Below, piece after piece: positions 9,191-18,853 of a stretch of 64,000 nt of DNA. The stretch comes from an uncultured Chloroflexia bacterium (GTDB lineage Bacteria; Chloroflexota; Limnocylindria; Limnocylindrales; CSP1-4). The stretch lies in the NCBI GenBank assembly GCA_963791725.1, contig CAWBTQ010000008.1, forward strand, positions 360,359 through 424,358. The letters run 5' to 3'. The notes under the pieces are model-generated. The model searched no databases, was not told where the DNA came from, and worked only from the letters and a program-made list of their open reading frames with translations. The translations under genes were made by a program, and so were the position numbers. Position 1 is the stretch's first letter. Every line of letters begins with the position of its first letter.

Positions 9191-11031
9191 GGCCGGGTTT
9201 CTCCGCCCGCAAGCTCTTCCAATCTCGCGGCAACGGCGGCCGCTGCCTCACGATGGAGGACCGCGTTCCTGGCCCGGTCGGTCCGGACCTCGAGCACCCG
9301 GACGCCCGCGGCTCCGACCGATCCGGCCAGTGCGGAACGCAGGTCACCGACCCTCACCAACGCATGCTCGGCTCCGAGGGCCCGCACGATCGGCCCGAAA
9401 TCAACTCCGTGCGGAGTGCCGAACAGCGTCTCGTAGGCCTCGGGCAGCCCAACACCCGGATCGACCGTGGACGCCTGCGGCAGGAAGGAGAAGACCCCAC
9501 CGCCGTCGTTGTTGACGAGGACGATCGTCGCGGACAGGTGGTGCAGCCGCGCTGCCACGAGGGCGTTGAGGTCATGCAGAAACGAGAGGTCGCCGACGAC
9601 GAGGACGACAGCACCGGTCTGCGCCGCCGCGGCGCCGAGCGCGCTCGACACGACCCCGTCGATCCCGTTCGCGCCGCGATTGGAGCAGCAACGGATGGCC
9701 CGTGGTCCGGTCGGGAGATAGGCGTCCATGTCGCGCACCGGCATCGAGCTGCCGGCCCAGAGGACTCCACCGTCGGGCATCAGGTCGGCGAGGAGCGTGA
9801 AGGGGCGAGGCTCGAGAGGCTCGGCCACAACCGCCGGGTCATCAAGCCAGGCCGCAAGTGTGTCGCTCGCGATCCGGTCGGCCGACAACCAGTCGGCTGT
9901 CCAGTTCGACGCCGTCTCCGCGGCCTTCGGCGTGCCCATGCGAGCCAGCGCCCCAGCCAGGCCGTCGGCAAAGGCGACCTCGTCGGCGTGGATGAAGGTC
10001 GCGGGCAGGAGGGCCGGTTCTCTCCAGCCACCCCCGCCATCTACAACGAGCAGCGCCGGTCGAGCCAGACGGAGCATCTCCAGGATTGGCTTCGAGGTGG
10101 GCATGGCGCCGAATCGGATCACCATCTCCGGGCGATGGGCATCGATCCAGCGTCCCGGCCGCGCGATCAGGTCGCCCCGCGCGATCACGCGTGAACGGTC
10201 GTGGGGCCCCAGGCGCATCTGCGAGAGGGGGTCGGCCAGGATCGGGTAACCGGTCATGGCGGCGAGCCGCGCCGCCGCTTCCGGGAAAGCCGGATCTTCC
10301 TGCGGGCCGGCCACGATGAGTCCGCGCTCGATCGCGGCCAGCCTGGCGGCCAGAGTTCTCAGGTCATCGGGCGAAAGTGTGGGCCTGCCTTCGAGGGCGT
10401 CGGCGAAGGGAGCACCCGGCCCCTCAAGAACCGCGCGGTCGCGAGGATCGTCGGCGAGCGGCCCGAGCGAACCGCGAGGGATGAGCGGCTCCCTGAGCTG
10501 GAAGTTCAGGTGGACGGGCCCGCGTGGAACCGCCAGCGAGGTCGCAACAGCACGGCCGGCGAGAGCCCGGATATAGGCGAGTAGATCCGGCGCGGCCTCG
10601 AGGACCGGCACGTCGACGAACCACTTGACTTGCGTCCCGTAGAGGCGAACCTGGTCGATCGTCTGGGCGGCGCCGCGATCGCGCAGCTCGGGCGGTCGGT
10701 CGGCGGTCAGCAGGACGAGCGGGACGCGGCCGTGGAAGGCCTCCACGACGGCCGGCGCCAGGTTTACCGCCGCGGTCCCGGAGGTGCACAGGACGGCGAC
10801 CGGCCGGCGGCTGGCGCGGGCCATCCCCAGAGCGAAGAAGCCCGCCGCGCGCTCGTCCAGCAGGACGCGGCAGCGGAGCCCGGGATGGGCGTGCATGGCC
10901 AGGGCCAGCGGTGTCGATCGCGATCCAGGGCAGATCACGACATCCCCCACGCCGGCCCGGGCCAGCTCCTCGACGAAGGCTCGCAGCGGATCGGCGATGC
11001 TCAGATCGGCCTCGGCCGGCATGTCGTTCAT
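9187..11031 (-). CDS. menD: 2-succinyl-5-enolpyruvyl-6-hydroxy-3-cyclohexene-1-carboxylate synthase (ThDP-dependent)
   Basis: Internal ATG MNDMPAEADL... gives a 614-aa ThDP enzyme with the GDLSFLHDLN motif, as in MenD. It overlaps the menF stop and the menH start. Confidence 0.85.
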   Translation of the reverse strand: MNDMPAEADLSIADPLRAFVEELARAGVGDVVICPGSRSTPLALAMHAHPGLRCRVLLDERAAGFFALGMARASRRPVAVLCTSGTAAVNLAPAVVEAFHGRVPLVLLTADRPPELRDRGAAQTIDQVRLYGTQVKWFVDVPVLEAAPDLLAYIRALAGRAVATSLAVPRGPVHLNFQLREPLIPRGSLGPLADDPRDRAVLEGPGAPFADALEGRPTLSPDDLRTLAARLAAIERGLIVAGPQEDPAFPEAAARLAAMTGYPILADPLSQMRLGPHDRSRVIARGDLIARPGRWIDAHRPEMVIRFGAMPTSKPILEMLRLARPALLVVDGGGGWREPALLPATFIHADEVAFADGLAGALARMGTPKAAETASNWTADWLSADRIASDTLAAWLDDPAVVAEPLEPRPFTLLADLMPDGGVLWAGSSMPVRDMDAYLPTGPRAIRCCSNRGANGIDGVVSSALGAAAAQTGAVVLVVGDLSFLHDLNALVAARLHHLSATIVLVNNDGGGVFSFLPQASTVDPGVGLPEAYETLFGTPHGVDFGPIVRALGAEHALVRVGDLRSALAGSVGAAGVRVLEVRTDRARNAVLHREAAAAVAARLEELAGGETRP

Positions 11032-12575
11032 GACCGGAACTCGCCCAGCGCGGAGGCGACGACCTGCATCTTGTTGCTCGATTCTTCCCACTCGCGGCCC
11101 GGATCCGAATCGGCCACGATGCCGCAGCCAGCGAACAGCGCTGCATTGCGGCCCGAGACGACGGCGCAGCGCAGGGCTACTACGAACTCACCGTCGCCGT
11201 CGGCTCCCACCCAGCCAAGGGGACCGGCATACCAGCCACGTTCGAAGCCCTCGTGTTGAGAGATGAGATCGAGCGCGAGCGCCCGGGGCTCGCCTCCGAC
11301 CGCCGGTGTTGGGTGGAGGAGCGCGGCGAGGCTCAAGATACCGGCCCGGTTGCGCAGGCGCCCGGTCACCGTGGTCACGAGGTGCTGGACCGTCCCGAAG
11401 GTGGCCACGACCGGGGCTGCAGCGATGTGGATCTCCGCAGCAACCGGGTCGAGCATCGCGCGCAGCATCTCCACGACGATCTCGTGCTCCTCTCGATCCT
11501 TGTCGCTGGACAGCAGCTCGGCCGCCAGGGCTGCCTCCTCGACGGCGTCGTCAGCGTGTCGGATCGATCCGGCGATGGCGACCGTCTGGAATTCCTTGCC
11601 CTGCGTTGAGATCAGACGCTCCGGCGTCGCGCCGAGGAAGACGCTGCCGCCGCGGGCGATCGCGTAGGTCGTCGAGGTCGGGGAGCCGGTCGCGAGCCTT
11701 CTCAGAGCAGACACGGCGTCTATGTCCACCGCGGAGCTCAGATCTAGCCGCCTGGCCAGGACGACCTTGTCCAACCGGCCGCGCCCGACTGCACCGGCGA
11801 AGCGATCCACCAGCCGGTCCCAGGTCTGCCGGTCGGGACGCTCTCCCTCGATCGAGAGTCGTACCCGGTCCGTTGCAGCCTCGGAAGATGCGGCGTCGGC
11901 GGTCGATCGAGCCACCAGGTCGACCCAGAGTCGGTCCAGTCGATCGGGCGAATCGAATTCGCCGGGCTTCGAGCCGCCGCCCTCCTCGGAGGCCATGAAG
12001 GACGTCGTGAGCCAGCCGCCCGCCGGGGTCTGAAGCAGCAGGATCTCGGGCACGCACATCGAGGCGGCGCCGAAGGGAGACCACGCCGCGTCCGCCGGTG
12101 GCTCGCCCGTGAAGCCGAGGCCGCCGATCAGCAAGGGACCGAGCGCGCGACCGTCCGAGCCGTCGCCCCGGAGCCGCGCGCCGGCCAGCAGCCGCTCCCA
12201 AGCATCTGCGATCGTCCGAAATCGTTCCGGACCGCATCCTCGGATCGACCAGGCCCGGCCGATGCCAACCATGGCCAACCCGTCGGCCGGCTGCAACCAC
12301 AGCGACGGTTCCAGGCCCGAGCGCAACGCAGCCGCGAACAGGGCGACCGGATCGAGCGCCGGCGACGAGCCCAGGCCGAAGGTGGCGCTGACCAACCCGC
12401 CGGCGACGTCGTTGCCGGCCTCGCCATCCGGGCGCTCCAACAGCGACCTCGTCACGGCCGAGATCGGCGGCGGCACCGTTCCCCCGCAGCCGGCCGGCCG
12501 GGCCGGCGCCCGGGCCGCGCCAGGGGCTCCGCCCACCACGGTCACCGAGACCGGACCGCGGCCAGGCGGTGCCAC
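11028..12575 (-). CDS. menF: isochorismate synthase
   Basis: Chorismate-binding-enzyme C-terminus (...GGSVFLGATPERL...AGILSLAALLHPTPAVGG...WYAGPLGW). The annotated start overlaps the tetR stop by 34 nt, so the true start is probably downstream. Confidence 0.8.
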   Translation of the reverse strand: MAPPGRGPVSVTVVGGAPGAARAPARPAGCGGTVPPPISAVTRSLLERPDGEAGNDVAGGLVSATFGLGSSPALDPVALFAAALRSGLEPSLWLQPADGLAMVGIGRAWSIRGCGPERFRTIADAWERLLAGARLRGDGSDGRALGPLLIGGLGFTGEPPADAAWSPFGAASMCVPEILLLQTPAGGWLTTSFMASEEGGGSKPGEFDSPDRLDRLWVDLVARSTADAASSEAATDRVRLSIEGERPDRQTWDRLVDRFAGAVGRGRLDKVVLARRLDLSSAVDIDAVSALRRLATGSPTSTTYAIARGGSVFLGATPERLISTQGKEFQTVAIAGSIRHADDAVEEAALAAELLSSDKDREEHEIVVEMLRAMLDPVAAEIHIAAAPVVATFGTVQHLVTTVTGRLRNRAGILSLAALLHPTPAVGGEPRALALDLISQHEGFERGWYAGPLGWVGADGDGEFVVALRCAVVSGRNAALFAGCGIVADSDPGREWEESSNKMQVVASALGEFRS

Positions 12576-13213
12576 GCCGGATCGCCTGCCGAGATGCGCG
12601 CCTCCGGAACACCGACACTGCGCAGCAGGACCGCGCGAAGGATCGGGTACGAGTCCTCGAGGCGTCCCGGCTTCTCATCGAGCAACCAGCGCGAGACGAT
12701 CTCGTTGAGCGCCCCGAACCAGGCCCGTGAGGTCGTCTCCGCGTCGAGCTCCGGGATGGCGCCGGCGGCCTGGGCCTCCTCGAGGTACCCGCGGATGAGG
12801 CCCGCGAATCGAGCGTGCATGATCGCCGTCTCGCTCTGGAAAGCGCGACCGGCCGCAACCGCGTCGATGAGGAGGAGGCGGGCAGTCGTTCGGTGGCCGG
12901 CGAAGGCCAGCAGCACCGTCCGGATACCGGCCTCGGCCCTGGCAATCGGCTCCGTCTCTGCCGCGACCGCGCGTTCGACCTTGCCGGCCAGCCTGTCGGC
13001 GGTCGTACGCATCAGTTCCCGGAATATCGTGTCCTTCGTCGGGAAATGGAAATAGATCCCGCCCTTGGAGGTGTTGGCTGCCGTGGCGATCTCGTCCATC
13101 GAGGTATCGCGGAAGCCTCGGTGGGTGAAGCTGGTGAAGGCCGCGTCGAGGATCTGATCCCGACGGGCCCGGCTCTTCTCGGTGGGCTCGGTGGAGAAAC
13201 GCCTGGGACTCAA
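12542..13213 (-). CDS. TetR/AcrR family transcriptional regulator
   Basis: N-terminal TetR helix-turn-helix (ILDAAFTSFTHRGFRDTSMDEIATAANTSKGGIYFHF). It heads the men operon on the same strand. Confidence 0.85.
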   Translation of the reverse strand: MSPRRFSTEPTEKSRARRDQILDAAFTSFTHRGFRDTSMDEIATAANTSKGGIYFHFPTKDTIFRELMRTTADRLAGKVERAVAAETEPIARAEAGIRTVLLAFAGHRTTARLLLIDAVAAGRAFQSETAIMHARFAGLIRGYLEEAQAAGAIPELDAETTSRAWFGALNEIVSRWLLDEKPGRLEDSYPILRAVLLRSVGVPEARISAGDPAWHRLAAVRSR

Positions 13214-13296
13214 CGCCGCGCTCCGTACAAACCGACTGACTGGTCGGTTTTATCCTAGCACGACGGTCCCTTCTGAAGGCCGATCGAGCCGCGCCC

Positions 13297-15384
13297 TTAC
13301 TCCTTGTGCGCGGCCTCGTGCGCCTTCTTATGAGCCTCGATCACCTTCTCGGCGATGTGCTGCGGCACGTCTTCGTAGCGGTCGAGCGTGGCCGTGAAGG
13401 TGCCCCGTCCGCCGGTCAGCGAGCGGAGCTCGGTGGCGTAGGTGAACAGCTCGGCCTGGGGGACGCTGGCGGTGATGATCTGCATCCCGTCCTTGGTGTC
13501 CATGCCCAGGACGCGCCCGCGTCGACCGTTGAGGTCGCGGTTGACGTCGCCCATATAGGCCTCCGGGATCCGGATCTCGACGGTCATGATCGGCTCCATC
13601 AGGGCCGGCTTGCACTCGAGGACACCCTGCTTGAGGGCCATCGAAGCCGCGATCTTGAATGAGAGCTCGTTGGAGTCGACCGCGTGGAACGAGCCGTCGT
13701 ACAGGGTCGCCTTGAAGTCGCTGAGCGGATACCCAGCCAGGACACCTTCCGCAGCAGCCTCGCGGATGCCCTTCTCGACGCCCGGGAAGAAGTTCTTGGG
13801 GACCGTGCCGCCCACGACCCGGTCAGCGAATTCGACGCCGCCGCCGTGGTTCGGCTCGATCTCGATCCAGACGTCGCCAAACATGCCGTGGCCGCCGGTC
13901 TGCTTCTTGTACCGGCCGTGGCTCTGGGTCTTGCCGCGAATCGTCTCCTTGTAGGGGACCCTGGGCGTCCTGGTGACGATCGCCGCGCCGAACTTGCGCT
14001 TGATCCGCTCGCCCAGGACGGCCACGTGGGCATCGCCCGTCGCCACGAGGACCTGCTCGCCCGCTTCGCTGCGGATGACGCGGGCGGACGGCTCTTCCTC
14101 GAGCATGCGCTGGAGGGCCGTGCCCATCTTGTCGAGGTCGGCCTTTGTCTGCGGCTCGATCGCGACCTGGAGCGTCGGGATCGGGAAGATCAATGGAGGT
14201 AGGACGTAGGCCCCCTCCCGGCTGGCGCACAGGGTGTCGCCCGTGCCGGTCACGGTCAGCTTGGCAACCGCGCCGATTTCGCCGGCGTGTAGCTGCCCGA
14301 CGGTTTCCTGATCCTTGCCATGGAGGAGCAGCAGCTGGCCCAGGCGCTCGGCCTCGCTGCGCGTGGCGTTCCAGGCCTGACCCTGCCCCTGAAGCGTCCC
14401 GGAGAGGACGCGCAGGTAGGTCAGCCGGCCGACGAACGGGTCGGCGGTCGTCTTGAAGACGCGGGCCACGAGCGGTCCCGTCGCGTCCGGAACGAGCTTC
14501 ACCTCCTTGCCCTTCGAGTCCGTCGTGACGAACTCACCGAGCTCGGCCGGGGAGGGCAGGTAGTGCACGATCGCGCTGGTCAGCGCCCGCACGCCGATGT
14601 CCTTGGACGCGCTGCCGACCATGACCGGCGCCACCATGCCGGATCGAATGGCCTTGTGCAGGCACGTCTCGAACTCCGCGTCGGTGATCTCCTCGCCCTC
14701 GAGGTACTTCGTCATCACGTCGTCGTCGGCTTCGGATGCCGCCTCGAGCAGCTGGTCGCGGCGGGCGGCCACCTCGTCGGCCAGGCTCGCCGGGACGGCG
14801 ACTTCCGTTTCTTTGCCACCCTGCATCTGGAAGGCCTTGCGGTGGAGCAGGTCCACATAGCCTGTGAACGACTCGGCCGCCCCGAGCGCGATATGGAGAG
14901 GCGCGATCTTCTGGCCGAAGGCCCCGCGCAGCGCATCCAGCGCGGCCGCAGGGTTCGCGTTCTCGCGATCGCACTTGTTTATGAAGAAAAGCGCCGGGCG
15001 GCCGTTTGCGCGAGCCAGCGCGACGGCGGACTCGAGGCCTGCCTCTACGCTACCGGACGCATCGATCAGCAGGACGGCGGCATCCGTCGCGGCGAAGCCC
15101 TCGACTACCTCGGCCCCGAAATCGGCGTATCCGGGGGTATCGACGAGCTGTATGCGGGTCCCCTCGTGCTCCAGGCTGGCCACCGCGAGGGTCAGGGACT
15201 GCTTGCGCTTCTGCTCCTCGGGTTCGTAATCCAGGCTGGCTGTGGCGTCGTCCACGCGGCCGAGCCGCGTGATCGCTCCGGCGTCGAACAGAAGCCTCTC
15301 GGCCAGCGTCGTCTTGCCGGCGCCGGCATGGGCGGCCAGGACGACGCTGCGAAGGTGGGGGAGGTCGACACTCTTGGTTGTCAT
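13297..15384 (-). CDS. elongation factor G family GTPase (EF-G2-like paralog)
   Basis: An internal ATG (MTTKSVDLP...) gives 695 aa with G1 motif AHAGAGKTT, DTPGYADF, NKCDR and EF-G domains II-V. The G1 motif diverges from canonical AHIDAGKTT. Confidence 0.85.
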   Translation of the reverse strand: MTTKSVDLPHLRSVVLAAHAGAGKTTLAERLLFDAGAITRLGRVDDATASLDYEPEEQKRKQSLTLAVASLEHEGTRIQLVDTPGYADFGAEVVEGFAATDAAVLLIDASGSVEAGLESAVALARANGRPALFFINKCDRENANPAAALDALRGAFGQKIAPLHIALGAAESFTGYVDLLHRKAFQMQGGKETEVAVPASLADEVAARRDQLLEAASEADDDVMTKYLEGEEITDAEFETCLHKAIRSGMVAPVMVGSASKDIGVRALTSAIVHYLPSPAELGEFVTTDSKGKEVKLVPDATGPLVARVFKTTADPFVGRLTYLRVLSGTLQGQGQAWNATRSEAERLGQLLLLHGKDQETVGQLHAGEIGAVAKLTVTGTGDTLCASREGAYVLPPLIFPIPTLQVAIEPQTKADLDKMGTALQRMLEEEPSARVIRSEAGEQVLVATGDAHVAVLGERIKRKFGAAIVTRTPRVPYKETIRGKTQSHGRYKKQTGGHGMFGDVWIEIEPNHGGGVEFADRVVGGTVPKNFFPGVEKGIREAAAEGVLAGYPLSDFKATLYDGSFHAVDSNELSFKIAASMALKQGVLECKPALMEPIMTVEIRIPEAYMGDVNRDLNGRRGRVLGMDTKDGMQIITASVPQAELFTYATELRSLTGGRGTFTATLDRYEDVPQHIAEKVIEAHKKAHEAAHKE

Positions 15385-15649
15385 CTGCTCATCGATCCTC
15401 TGGTGGCTCAGATCGCATCGGACAAGGCGGCGTGACGAGGGGGCTGCTGCCGCCGCCCGGCCATGATATCCCTGCTCGCCGCCTCGGACGAGGAGGGGGC
15501 GACGCCGGCGGAACGGTCGCCTCCACGACACCGGCGACTCGGGACGCCCGAGGCCCGACGGCCCGCGCGACCGCCCGCCGAGCGCGGTTTCCCGGCCGCG
15601 TCGGCAGGGTGCGGCCGGCAAGGGCCGGCTCGGAGCCTTCGTTCGGCGG

Positions 15650-15662
15650 TATACTCCGGCCG
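15650..15662 (+). promoter_or_regulatory. candidate -10 element (TATACT) immediately upstream of the yebC ATG; suggests a leaderless transcript
   Basis: TATACT at about 15650-15655 lies 7 nt before ATG 15663, with no Shine-Dalgarno sequence between them. Confidence 0.3.
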
Positions 15663-16409
15663 ATGTCAGGACATTCCAAGTGGTCGCAGATCAAGCGCCA
15701 GAAGGGCGCCAACGATGTCAAGCGCGGCGCCGTCTTCACCAAGATGGGCCGCGAGATCAGCGTCGCCGCCAGAGCCGGCGGCGGTGACCCCGACGGCAAC
15801 TTCCGACTCCGCCTGGCCATCGAGCGAGCGCGCGCCATAAACATGCCGCTCGACACGATCAAGCGGGCCATCGAGAAGGCGACCGGCGGCGGTGAAGGGG
15901 AGCAGTTCGAGGAGATCACGTACGAGGGCTACGGTCCGGGCGGCGTCGCGATCCTCGTTGAGACCGCCACGGACAACAAGAACCGGACGGCGGCGGACAT
16001 TCGCTCGGTGCTGACCAAGGCGGGCGGGCAGCTGGCGGCGCCGGGCAGCGTCGCCTGGCAGTTCGAACAGCGCGGCGCGATCATCCTGGCCCCCGGCGGC
16101 AACACCGAGGAGCTGGAATTGCTGGCCATCGACGCCGGCGCGGACGACGTCGACTCGTCAGGCGAGCAGGTCGAGGTCTACACCAGGCCCACCGACCTCG
16201 AAGCCGTTCGCCGCGCTCTCGAGAGCGCCGGCGTCAAGATCGAGTCGGCCGAGCTCAGCATGACGCCCAAGAACGTCGTCGAGCTCGACGTCTCGAAGGC
16301 CCGGCAGGCGCTCAGATTGATCGAGATCCTCGAAGACCACGACGACGTCCAGCGGGTCACGTCGAACTTCGAGATCCCCGAAGAGATCATGGCTGAGGTC
16401 GGCGCGTGA
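15663..16409 (+). CDS. yebC: YebC/PmpR family DNA-binding transcriptional regulator
   Basis: MSGHSKWSQIKRQKGANDVKRG... is the hallmark N-terminus of the 248-aa YebC family protein. Confidence 0.9.
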   Translation: MSGHSKWSQIKRQKGANDVKRGAVFTKMGREISVAARAGGGDPDGNFRLRLAIERARAINMPLDTIKRAIEKATGGGEGEQFEEITYEGYGPGGVAILVETATDNKNRTAADIRSVLTKAGGQLAAPGSVAWQFEQRGAIILAPGGNTEELELLAIDAGADDVDSSGEQVEVYTRPTDLEAVRRALESAGVKIESAELSMTPKNVVELDVSKARQALRLIEILEDHDDVQRVTSNFEIPEEIMAEVGA

Positions 16410-17044
16410 TCATCCTGGGAATAGACCCTGGGACCGCGATGCTGGGCTACGGACTCATCGAGCGAACCGGAACGCGGCTGCGGGCTGTCGACTACGGCGT
16501 CATCAAGACCCCGTCGAACATGGATCTTCCGGACCGGCTCGAATCGATCTACCTCAGCCTGACGGACCTGATCGAGCTCCATGCACCGGCTCTGGTCGGC
16601 GTCGAGCGGCTCTTCTTCACGAAGAACGTTCAGACGGCCTTCGCCGTCGGCCAGGCCAGGGGCGTCGTGCTCCTTGCCGCAGCGCTCCACCACCTGGAGA
16701 TCCGAGAAGCCACACCCAACGAAGTCAAGGTGGCGACCGCAGGCCACGGCTCGGCCTCCAAGGCGCAGGTCGGGCGTATGGTCCAGGCCATCCTCGGTCT
16801 GGCCGAGGTGCCCGAACCGGACGACGCCGCGGACGCCCTCGCTATCGCGATCTGCGTCGCGAATCGCGAGCGCTCCGTCAGCCGCATTCCCACGGGCGCG
16901 CTCGACAGGTCGGCGTTGAAGCCGGCCCCGGACGGCGTGACCCCCTACGAGAAGGCCGTCCGCGACGCGCTCCGTCGAGAGCGGCTGGGTCTCGGTCCCG
17001 ACGGGCACGCGGCGGGCGCGCCCAAGTCCAAGACGGCTTCGTAG
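16406..17044 (+). CDS. ruvC: crossover junction endodeoxyribonuclease RuvC
   Basis: IILGIDPGTAMLGYG... RuvC fold. The start overlaps the yebC stop; the protein has a C-terminal extension. Confidence 0.9.
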   Translation: MIILGIDPGTAMLGYGLIERTGTRLRAVDYGVIKTPSNMDLPDRLESIYLSLTDLIELHAPALVGVERLFFTKNVQTAFAVGQARGVVLLAAALHHLEIREATPNEVKVATAGHGSASKAQVGRMVQAILGLAEVPEPDDAADALAIAICVANRERSVSRIPTGALDRSALKPAPDGVTPYEKAVRDALRRERLGLGPDGHAAGAPKSKTAS

Positions 17045-17053
17045 GCCCGGGGC

Positions 17054-17647
17054 GTGATCGCCTCGCTCGGCGGCACAGTCAGCGCCGTCTTCGCGGACTC
17101 GCTGATCCTCGAGGTGGGAGGCGTCGGCTATCGCGTATTCGCGGCGCCGTCCGTCCTCGCTTCGACGCCGGTCGGCGGCCCGCTGAAGCTCTTCACGCAT
17201 CACGTCGTACGCGAGGATCTCCAGGCGCTCTACGGCTTCCGAACGCCCGAGGAGCTGGGCTTCTTCGGTCTCCTCCTGACGGTGACCGGCGTTGGGCCGA
17301 AGGTCGCCCTCGGGATAGTCGGGTCGCGAGCCGTCGGCGACCTCCAGCTGGCGATCCTGTCGGACGACCTGGCCCTCCTGACCGCCGTACCGGGCGTCGG
17401 CAAGAAGCTGGCGGCGCGCGTCGTTCTCGAGCTCAAGGAGAAGGTCGCCGCGGCCGGAGTCGCCGCCGGCGGTATCGCGGGTGGGCCCTCTGCGGGCGAG
17501 TCCGAAGTGATGGCCGCGCTCCTGGCCCTCGGCTATTCCGCGGGCGAAGCGCGCCAGGCGTCTCGGGAGGCTCTGGTGGATCTATCGGTGGGGCTGACTC
17601 TCGAGGATAGGGTCAAGGCGGCGTTGAGGACGCTGGTCAGGGGGTAG
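17054..17647 (+). CDS. ruvA: Holliday junction branch migration protein RuvA
   Basis: MIASLGGTV...GYRVF...LLTVTGVGPKVAL...AVPGVGKKLAARVV, with the HhH motifs of RuvA. Confidence 0.9.
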   Translation: MIASLGGTVSAVFADSLILEVGGVGYRVFAAPSVLASTPVGGPLKLFTHHVVREDLQALYGFRTPEELGFFGLLLTVTGVGPKVALGIVGSRAVGDLQLAILSDDLALLTAVPGVGKKLAARVVLELKEKVAAAGVAAGGIAGGPSAGESEVMAALLALGYSAGEARQASREALVDLSVGLTLEDRVKAALRTLVRG

Positions 17648-17767
17648 GGGATTCACCCCGAGTGCGGTCGGGGTTCGGATTTGCCCGGTGGCGCCGGTGT
17701 TTCCCGGGCCGCAAGGGCTGTAGAACGTCCGTTCGGTCTGATATGATCCGCACATGAGCGAGCGCCC

Positions 17768-18853
17768 GTGACCGACATCTCGCGAATCCTCACGCCGGCC
17801 GTGGAAGACGAGGTAGAGGTCGCCGTCGATCGGACGCTGCGACCCAAGACGCTCGACGAATACATCGGCCAGCGCGAGCTCAAGGCGAACCTGTCGATCC
17901 TCCTCGGGGCCGCCCGCCAGAGAGGGGACGCCGCGGATCACGTCCTGCTCCACGGCCCGCCCGGGCTGGGCAAGACGACCCTGGCCACGATCATCGCTCG
18001 CGAGCTCGGCACGAACATCCGCTACGCCAGCGGCCCGGCGATCGAGCGGGCAGGGGACCTGGCGGCCATCCTGACCTCGCTCGATGAGCGCGACGTCCTC
18101 TTCATCGATGAGATCCACCGGCTCAACCGTGCGGTCGAGGAGATCCTCTACCCGGCCATGGAGGACTTCGCTCTCGACGTGATGATCGGCAAGGGGCCGT
18201 CCGCGCGGAGCCTGCGCCTGAGCCTCAAGCCCTTCACGATCGTCGGGGCGACTACGCGCGCCGGCCGGATCTCGAGCCCGTTACGCGACCGCTTCGGGGC
18301 CACGTACCGGCTCGACTTCTACGACATCGCCGACCTGACCGCGATCGTGGTGCGGTCCGCCAGTCTCCTGGGCGTGGAGCTTAACCCGGACGGCGCCACG
18401 GCCATCGCACGCCGGGGCAGGGGAACGCCACGCGTCGTGAACCGCCTTCTGCGCCGTGTTCGCGACTACGCCCAGATCAACGGCGACGGGCGCGTGGACG
18501 CGCAGACTGCGGACAAGGCCCTCGCCGCCCTTGAGATCGACGACGAGGGGCTCGACGGGACGGACCGCAAGCTGCTCGCCGCGATCGTCCAGAAGTTCGG
18601 CAGCGGGCCCGTCGGCGTCCAGGCGCTCGCGGCCGTCCTGGCCGAGGAGCCCGAGACCGTCGAGGACGTGTATGAGCCATTCCTCCTGCGCCTCGGTTTC
18701 CTGGATCGCACGCCGCAGGGTCGCATCGCCACGGACGGCGCCCGCCAGCACCTCGCCCGCCTCGGCTACGAGATTCCCCCCGCCCGCCGTGCAGAGGCCG
18801 AGCAGCCGGCCCTGTGGGACGGGACTGCCGACCCAGACCTCCAAGCGCGCTGA
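17768..18853 (+). CDS. ruvB: Holliday junction ATP-dependent DNA helicase RuvB
   Basis: [11 protein letters not shown]...[14 protein letters not shown]...FIDEIHRL, the AAA+ RuvB signature. Confidence 0.9.
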   Translation: MTDISRILTPAVEDEVEVAVDRTLRPKTLDEYIGQRELKANLSILLGAARQRGDAADHVLLHGPPGLGKTTLATIIARELGTNIRYASGPAIERAGDLAAILTSLDERDVLFIDEIHRLNRAVEEILYPAMEDFALDVMIGKGPSARSLRLSLKPFTIVGATTRAGRISSPLRDRFGATYRLDFYDIADLTAIVVRSASLLGVELNPDGATAIARRGRGTPRVVNRLLRRVRDYAQINGDGRVDAQTADKALAALEIDDEGLDGTDRKLLAAIVQKFGSGPVGVQALAAVLAEEPETVEDVYEPFLLRLGFLDRTPQGRIATDGARQHLARLGYEIPPARRAEAEQPALWDGTADPDLQAR

